A DNA stretch of 64,000 nt from Rhizobiaceae bacterium (lineage in GTDB: Bacteria > Pseudomonadota > Alphaproteobacteria > Rhizobiales > Rhizobiaceae), in NCBI GenBank assembly GCA_019635795.1, contig JAHBYV010000012.1, forward strand, positions 52,858-116,857, given 5' to 3'. The notes under the pieces were generated by a model. That model ran no database searches. It had not been told where the DNA came from and saw only the letters and a program-made list of their open reading frames with translations. Shown in pieces: positions 58,872-64,000 of the stretch (its first letter is position 1; each line of letters begins with the position of its first letter). A program made the translations under genes and the position numbers.

Positions 58872-59758
58872 CCCATGCGCTCCGAAACATAGCTTCCGGG
58901 GCTGGCAGGGAAAACAACAGTACGATTGCCGTTGATGAAAGTCCGGTGGTGGATATGCGCGTGAATTGCGCGCGCCAGAACCTGGCTTTCAACATCCCGG
59001 CCAATTGAAACATAATCCTCAGCGCTTTGCGCATGAGTAATCCGGGCAATGTCCTGCTCAATGATCGGCCCCTCATCCAGATCAGCCGTCACATAATGGG
59101 CCGTCGCACCAATCAGCTTCACGCCGCGCTCATAGGCCTGCTTGTAAGGATTTGCGCCCTTGAAGCTCGGCAGGAACGAATGATGTATATTGATGATCTT
59201 GCCGGACATGCGCTGGCACAATTCGTCTGAAAGCACCTGCATGTAGCGGGCAAGAACAATAAGCTGCGTGCCTGAATCCTCGACCAGATCCATAAGCTGC
59301 GCCTCGGCTTTGGCCTTGTTTTCCTTGGTTACAGCTATGCGGTAAAATGGGATGTCGTGGTTGACCACCAGCTTCTGGTAGTCGAAATGGTTTGAAACCA
59401 CCCCCACTATGTCGATCGGCAGCGCTCCGATTTTCCAGCGGTAAAGCAGATCGTTCAGACAATGGCCGAATCGCGAAACCATAAGCAGAACCTTCATGCG
59501 GTCGCCGCTCGTAAAGAACTCATATTCCATCTGGAATTTATCGCCGATTGGCGCAAAGCCGGCGAAAATTTCATTACCCTTCACACCCTGCTCGGATGTA
59601 AACGACACCCGCATGAAGAACTTCTTCGTGCCAAGGTCGTCGAATTGCGAGGAGTCTATGATGTAGCAGCCTTTATCGGCCAGATAGCCGGAAATGGCGG
59701 CCACGATACCGCGCACGGAAGGGCATGTAACGGTCAACACATAGTGTCCAAGGATCAT
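58868..59758 (-). CDS. purU: Formyltetrahydrofolate deformylase
   Basis: N-terminal ACT domain, VSRFGHCL, LARYMQ, INIHHSFLP, LDEGPIIEQ. Confidence 0.95.
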   Translation of the reverse strand: MILGHYVLTVTCPSVRGIVAAISGYLADKGCYIIDSSQFDDLGTKKFFMRVSFTSEQGVKGNEIFAGFAPIGDKFQMEYEFFTSGDRMKVLLMVSRFGHCLNDLLYRWKIGALPIDIVGVVSNHFDYQKLVVNHDIPFYRIAVTKENKAKAEAQLMDLVEDSGTQLIVLARYMQVLSDELCQRMSGKIINIHHSFLPSFKGANPYKQAYERGVKLIGATAHYVTADLDEGPIIEQDIARITHAQSAEDYVSIGRDVESQVLARAIHAHIHHRTFINGNRTVVFPASPGSYVSERMG

Positions 59759-59836
59759 CGCTACCTCACACAAGAATAAACGTTGCTGTTACAGCCCGTT
59801 ACATCTGTGAGGTAGCGGTCCATTTGTCTCACCGCT
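59759..59836 (-). promoter_or_regulatory. Structured purU leader: perfect 12-bp stem sequestering the RBS plus a competing 6-bp helix
   Basis: CGCTACCTCACA (59817-59806) pairs with TGTGAGGTAGCG (59770-59759), which abuts the ATG; AGCGGT (59836-59831) can pair with ACCGCT (59819-59814). Confidence 0.55.
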
Positions 59837-59841
59837 GGCTT

Positions 59842-59877
59842 TATTGCGACCCTCAACTGTCGTTAAGGGTCGCGATA
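59842..59877 (-). terminator. Hairpin after gcdH (probable terminator)
   Basis: TATTGCGACCCT...AGGGTCGCGATA 12-bp stem with a further 3-bp inner stem; weak U-tract. Confidence 0.6.
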
Positions 59878-59887
59878 GCGGTAACGC

Positions 59888-61075
59888 TCAGAAGAACGCC
59901 TGCAAGCCAGTTTGCGCACGACCGAGGATAAGTCCGTGAACGTCATATGTGCCTTCATATGTATTCACGGTTTCAAGGTTGACCATGTGCCGCATGACGG
60001 GGAACTCGTCCGAAATGCCGTTGCCGCCATGCATATCACGAGCCATGCGGGCAATTTCCAACGCCTTTCCGCAATTGTTGCGCTTGATGACGGAAATCAT
60101 TTCAGGAGCCATCTTGTGCTCGTCGAAAAGCCGCCCGACGCGAAGCGCGCCCTGAAGCCCGAGGCTGATCTCGGTCAACATATTTGTCAGCTTGGTCTGG
60201 AAAAGCTGGGTATTCGCCAGTGGCCGGCCAAATTGCTTGCGATCAAGCCCGTATTGGCGCGCCGCGTGCCAGCAGGCTTCTGCAGCACCCATAGCACCCC
60301 AGGCGATGCCGTAACGTGCGCGATTCAAGCATCCGAAAGGACCGGACAAGCCTTCAGCATTTGGCAAAAGCGCATCTTCACCTACTTCGACATTGTCGAG
60401 CACAATTTCACCGGTGATGGAGGCTCGCAGCGAAAGCTTGCCTTCGATCTGGGGCGCTGAAAGCCCCTTCATTCCCTTCTCAAGAACGAAGCCACGGATT
60501 TTTCCGCCATGCGCTTCGGACTTTGCCCAAACGACAAATACGTCGGCTATCGGCGAATTGGAAATCCACATCTTCGAGCCGTTAAGCACATATCCGCCAT
60601 CGGTCTTGCGCGCCCGTGTCTTCATGCTGCCTGGGTCAGATCCGGCGTCTGGTTCTGTCAATCCGAAGCAACCGATCCATTCGCCGGAAGCCAGCTTCGG
60701 CAAGTATTTCTTTCGCTGCTCTTCCGAGCCGTATGCGTGGATTGGATACATAACCAGCGAAGACTGCACGCTCATCATTGATCTGTAACCGGAATCGACG
60801 CGCTCCACCTCGCGCGCCACCAGGCCGTAGGTTACGTAGCCTGCACCTATCCCGCCATATTCTTCCGGGATGGTCACACCAAGCAACCCAACCTCGCCCA
60901 TTTCAGAAAAGATTGCAGGATCGGTCTGTTCATTGCGATAGGCATCGCGCACGCGTGGGGCGAGCTTATCTTGAGCATAGGCGCGAGCGGTATCGCGCAC
61001 CATGCGCTCCTCTTCCGTGAGTTGGTCCTCCAAAAGGAAAGGATCATCCCATTTGAAAATATTCTTGTCGGCCAT
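59888..61075 (-). CDS. gcdH: Glutaryl-CoA dehydrogenase
   Basis: [55 protein letters not shown]; start ATG 61075. Confidence 0.9.
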   Translation of the reverse strand: MADKNIFKWDDPFLLEDQLTEEERMVRDTARAYAQDKLAPRVRDAYRNEQTDPAIFSEMGEVGLLGVTIPEEYGGIGAGYVTYGLVAREVERVDSGYRSMMSVQSSLVMYPIHAYGSEEQRKKYLPKLASGEWIGCFGLTEPDAGSDPGSMKTRARKTDGGYVLNGSKMWISNSPIADVFVVWAKSEAHGGKIRGFVLEKGMKGLSAPQIEGKLSLRASITGEIVLDNVEVGEDALLPNAEGLSGPFGCLNRARYGIAWGAMGAAEACWHAARQYGLDRKQFGRPLANTQLFQTKLTNMLTEISLGLQGALRVGRLFDEHKMAPEMISVIKRNNCGKALEIARMARDMHGGNGISDEFPVMRHMVNLETVNTYEGTYDVHGLILGRAQTGLQAFF

Positions 61076-61244
61076 CTCGGCAGGTTTCCTAACTCTCACA
61101 GCTATTCCGTCGGCGAAGCCCCCCTGTCTCACACCAATACGCTTGGTTGCAAGTGCGAAGGGGATGTCAGATTGCAAAAGTTGCAGGGCCACAGCGCACT
61201 ATAACGGCTGTTTGATCAAAGCCAGAATCTGGAGGTTGCTGCGC

Positions 61245-61500
61245 GGACTGTTGTAGAAAGCGGTTAAGAACCCAGTCTGATCGGCTAGCAGCGTGGCCAA
61301 TCATTGAGGCGGGTAAACCTGAACCATTCGCCCCGCAGAATGCGAAAATCCATCGCAACTGATAAATTTGATACAGCCAAATCCGTCGTCATTCATCAGA
61401 ACGCTTGCCGTGGATTTTGAATTATCTGGCGCGTAGCGCGCAATCTCCAATTACAAGGAGCAGAACCGTGCTGACGACAGAACAAGGTTTATTACAGTCT
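61245..61500. mobile_element. Possible IS-end remnants / insertion scar
   Basis: GGACTGTTGTAGAAA at left and reverse-complement AGACTGTAATAAA at right (9 of 13 match), resembling IS1182-like ends as I recall them; no transposase; sits at a composition boundary. Confidence 0.25.
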
Positions 61501-61537
61501 GACAGCACGGTTCTTCCGTTCCTGAGAACGAAAAGCG

Positions 61538-61942
61538 TCAAATCATAGGATTGCCGCTAGCCGTGGTGTCTGGGACACGCTGGGAGACATCCCAGTGCTC
61601 TACAACCTTACCATTTTCCAGGCGGTAGATATCGACGAATACATATTTGGGGTCTTTGTCGTCGGTTTCCATCAGGTAACCAGTCACCTCGCTATGACAA
61701 ACAACAAAGTCGCCATCAGCAATAAACCGCTTTGTCACAAACTTGCAGTTCGGGCTATTCGCCCTCAGCTTTTTGGCATATTCAACCAAACCCGCCTTAC
61801 CGTTCTTCATATTCGGGTTATGTTGAATAAAGTTCGGATCGGCATATTTGTCGATCGCTTTTTTCATTATTTCTTCGTTTCCAGAGCATATATCTGCGAA
61901 GTATGACTGGATAATCTTGCGATTAGTTTCCGTCTTGCTCAT
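61538..61942 (-). CDS. SnoaL/NTF2-like protein
   Basis: FIQHNP...GKAG, IADGDFVVCH, VDIYRLENGKVVEHWDV; visibly AT-rich. Confidence 0.85.
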   Translation of the reverse strand: MSKTETNRKIIQSYFADICSGNEEIMKKAIDKYADPNFIQHNPNMKNGKAGLVEYAKKLRANSPNCKFVTKRFIADGDFVVCHSEVTGYLMETDDKDPKYVFVDIYRLENGKVVEHWDVSQRVPDTTASGNPMI

Positions 61943-61959
61943 AGGAATCCTCCTTTTAC

Positions 61960-63135
61960 CTATTTCAGTATGATATTTCTGTCAGACAGGTCATTGATGC
62001 TGTCTTCGGACCAACCCGCTTCAGAAAGTGTATGTGACGTATCGCTTCCCGGGCGGCTGGACATATGCCGCAGACCGGGAACTTTCCCGTCATAGCGAAC
62101 AGGATGGGCAACGAGCGTAGCAGCCGCCCCATTGATCGAGACTTCCTGCAAAGAGTCGTTTTCTTTTACCTGCGGGTCTTCAATAAGCTCCGCATAATTC
62201 TGGACACGCTGGTACCAGAAGCCATGAGGTGCCAGAACCTTATCAAGGCGCTCGAAAGTCCATGACTGCAATTCATCAGCCAGAAGTTCAGCGAAGCGAT
62301 CCCGGTCGGCCATGCGATCAATGTTTTCGAAGGCATGCCCGCTCGCGCCGATGAGCTCGACCAGCCGGTCTACATTACCGCTATTGGAGATGACTGCGTG
62401 ACAGTCAGCCAGTTTGTAAACTCCGTAAGGGGCAGGCAGGAACCAGGAACCAAGGTTCTTGTTGCGCTTTATTTTGCCGGTGTCTTTCGAACAGTTGACG
62501 AACGCTGCAATGGACTCGATCTGCAGGTCCATACCAGCGCTGAACAGGTTGGACTCGATAAGTCGGCCCTCCCCGTGCTGGAGCCGGTACGAGTAAGCGG
62601 CACAAACAGCCATGGCCAACAGTGCTGCAGCATGGTGATCGATAATCGCCGTTCCCACGATCGTCGGCGCTGCATCGCCACCTGTAACATCCATGAGACC
62701 GCAACGCGCCTGCGCGAGCAAATCCTGGCCGGGAGAAGTTGCCATCGGGCCACGGCTTCCCCAACCCGACGCCGACGCATAAATGATTTTGTCATTTAGC
62801 GCTTTAACGTCTTCATAGCCGAAGCCAAGACGGTCCATCACACCGATCCGGTAATTCTCCAGGATCACATCGGCAGAACCGATCAGTGAACGAACGACCT
62901 CTTTGCCTTCCGCACTCTTCAGGTCGACAGCGATAGACCGCACGTTTCGATTTACGGAAAGAAAAGTAGAACTGACACCACCGACAAAAACATTGTCGGC
63001 GCTGTAGCCGCGTTCAAACGCCCCCGTAAGAGGCTCAATCTTGATAACGTCGGCGCCCATATCAGCCAGATATTGAGCGGCGGCGGGCCCCTGAACAAAA
63101 TGCGTAAAGCTCAGGACCTTCATCCCTGTCAGCAT
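61960..63135 (-). CDS. CaiB/BaiF family III CoA-transferase
   Basis: QGPAAAQYLADMGADVIKIEP, VNRNVRSIAVDLK, ENYRIG, catalytic Asp in IIDH. Confidence 0.92.
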   Translation of the reverse strand: MLTGMKVLSFTHFVQGPAAAQYLADMGADVIKIEPLTGAFERGYSADNVFVGGVSSTFLSVNRNVRSIAVDLKSAEGKEVVRSLIGSADVILENYRIGVMDRLGFGYEDVKALNDKIIYASASGWGSRGPMATSPGQDLLAQARCGLMDVTGGDAAPTIVGTAIIDHHAAALLAMAVCAAYSYRLQHGEGRLIESNLFSAGMDLQIESIAAFVNCSKDTGKIKRNKNLGSWFLPAPYGVYKLADCHAVISNSGNVDRLVELIGASGHAFENIDRMADRDRFAELLADELQSWTFERLDKVLAPHGFWYQRVQNYAELIEDPQVKENDSLQEVSINGAAATLVAHPVRYDGKVPGLRHMSSRPGSDTSHTLSEAGWSEDSINDLSDRNIILK

Positions 63136-63148
63136 GATCGCCTCCCGC

Positions 63149-64000
63149 TCAAATATCCAGCGGCCCTTTTAAAAGCCCCCTCGCGACCACAACCCTATGA
63201 ATATCCGAAGTGCCGTCGAATATGCGGTAGACGCGCGCGTCCCGATACAGACGCTCAATCGGCATATCGGAGCAGTAACCCATGCCACCGAATATCTGCA
63301 CGGCCTTATCGACAACCCGACCGAGTGCTTCTGAAGAGTAGTACTTCACCATCGATACCTTGGCGCGCGGATCCAGACCTTGATCCGTCTCCCACGCCGC
63401 GTTGAGTACCATCATGCGGGTTGCATATATTTCGGTGGCCATGTCTGCGAGCATGGCCTGCACCATCTGGAAGTCCGCGATCGGCTTTCCGAACTGCTTG
63501 CGGTCTTTGGCGTATTCCACGCTCAGGTTAAGCGCTTTTTTGCCATGCCGACGGAACGCCCGCCGACCTGCGCCAACCGTACGCGATTGATCGCCGATAG
63601 TGCCTGGAACAGCCCCTCTCCTTCCCCGCCGAGAATTTGGCGCTTGTGAAGGCGCACATTGTCGAGCACGATCTCTGTTGCATTGATGCCGCGAAGGCCC
63701 ATCATCGGCTGCACACGTCCAACCGTGAACCCAGGCGTATCGCGGTCAAAAATAAACGCCGTGATGCCTTTGGCGCCCTTTTCGCGATCCGTTACAGCCG
63801 TAACGATGAACGCATCCGCGACGTCGGCGTCGCTGATGAAATGCTTGGTTCCATTGAGAATATAATCGTCGCCGTCACGGCGCGCGGACGTCGAGATTCC
63901 AGCAGCGTCGGAGCCAGCATTCGGCTCAGTCATCCCGAATGCGACGATCATCTCGCCCCTTACCGTGGGAAGAAGGTATTTCTCGCGCAGCTCGCCCGTG
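63149..64000 (-). pseudogene. Acyl-CoA dehydrogenase with a frameshift at the A6 run 63536-63541; 5' end lies outside the window
   Basis: FGMTEPNAGSDA, GTKHFIS and MGLRG in one frame; EYAKDRKQFG, AVQIFGGMG and RIFDGTSDIH in the -1 frame. One extra A gives continuous GMAKKALNLSVEYAK. Confidence 0.85.

Noticed and set aside
59759-59880. Known ZTP or THF-II riboswitch upstream of purU
   Set aside because: The conserved core motifs as I recall them are not present; kept only as a novel-candidate finding.

Overview
GC-rich alphaproteobacterial (Rhizobiales-like) chromosomal window, densely coding and mostly metabolic. In order: a glutamine-synthetase-like/ALDH/Fe-ADH cluster with an ABC transporter; a LIV-type ABC transporter operon carrying an acyl-CoA ligase and a Crp/Fnr regulator; a FeeM-like N-acyl amino acid synthase beside a membrane GGDEF-EAL protein; a fused indolepyruvate ferredoxin oxidoreductase; several regulators and orphan transporter subunits; a COG0523 GTPase-WD40 pair; a class III aminotransferase-GS-like pair; a LexA-boxed radical SAM/DUF4130-UdgX operon; a large purine degradation cluster (guaD, puuD, xdhABC, uraH, puuE-uraD, cupin, allA); xylBA; lysE-type exporter; L,D-transpeptidase; PPi-type PFK; purU; gcdH; and an AT-richer ACAD/CoA-transferase/SnoaL block at the right end. 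I saw no rRNA, tRNA, CRISPR array or intact transposase. Best leads: (1) the SOS-controlled radical SAM + UdgX repair system of unknown chemistry; (2) a candidate cell-cycle (CtrA-box) N-acyl amide/c-di-GMP module; (3) a perfect 12-bp stem that sequesters the purU ribosome-binding site and has a competing helix; (4) an ACAD gene broken exactly at an A-AAA-AAG slippery heptamer; (5) a deaminase interrupted by one in-frame TGA; (6) a long palindrome between a CGNR zinc-finger gene and a divergent permease. All product names come from motif recognition, not database searches.
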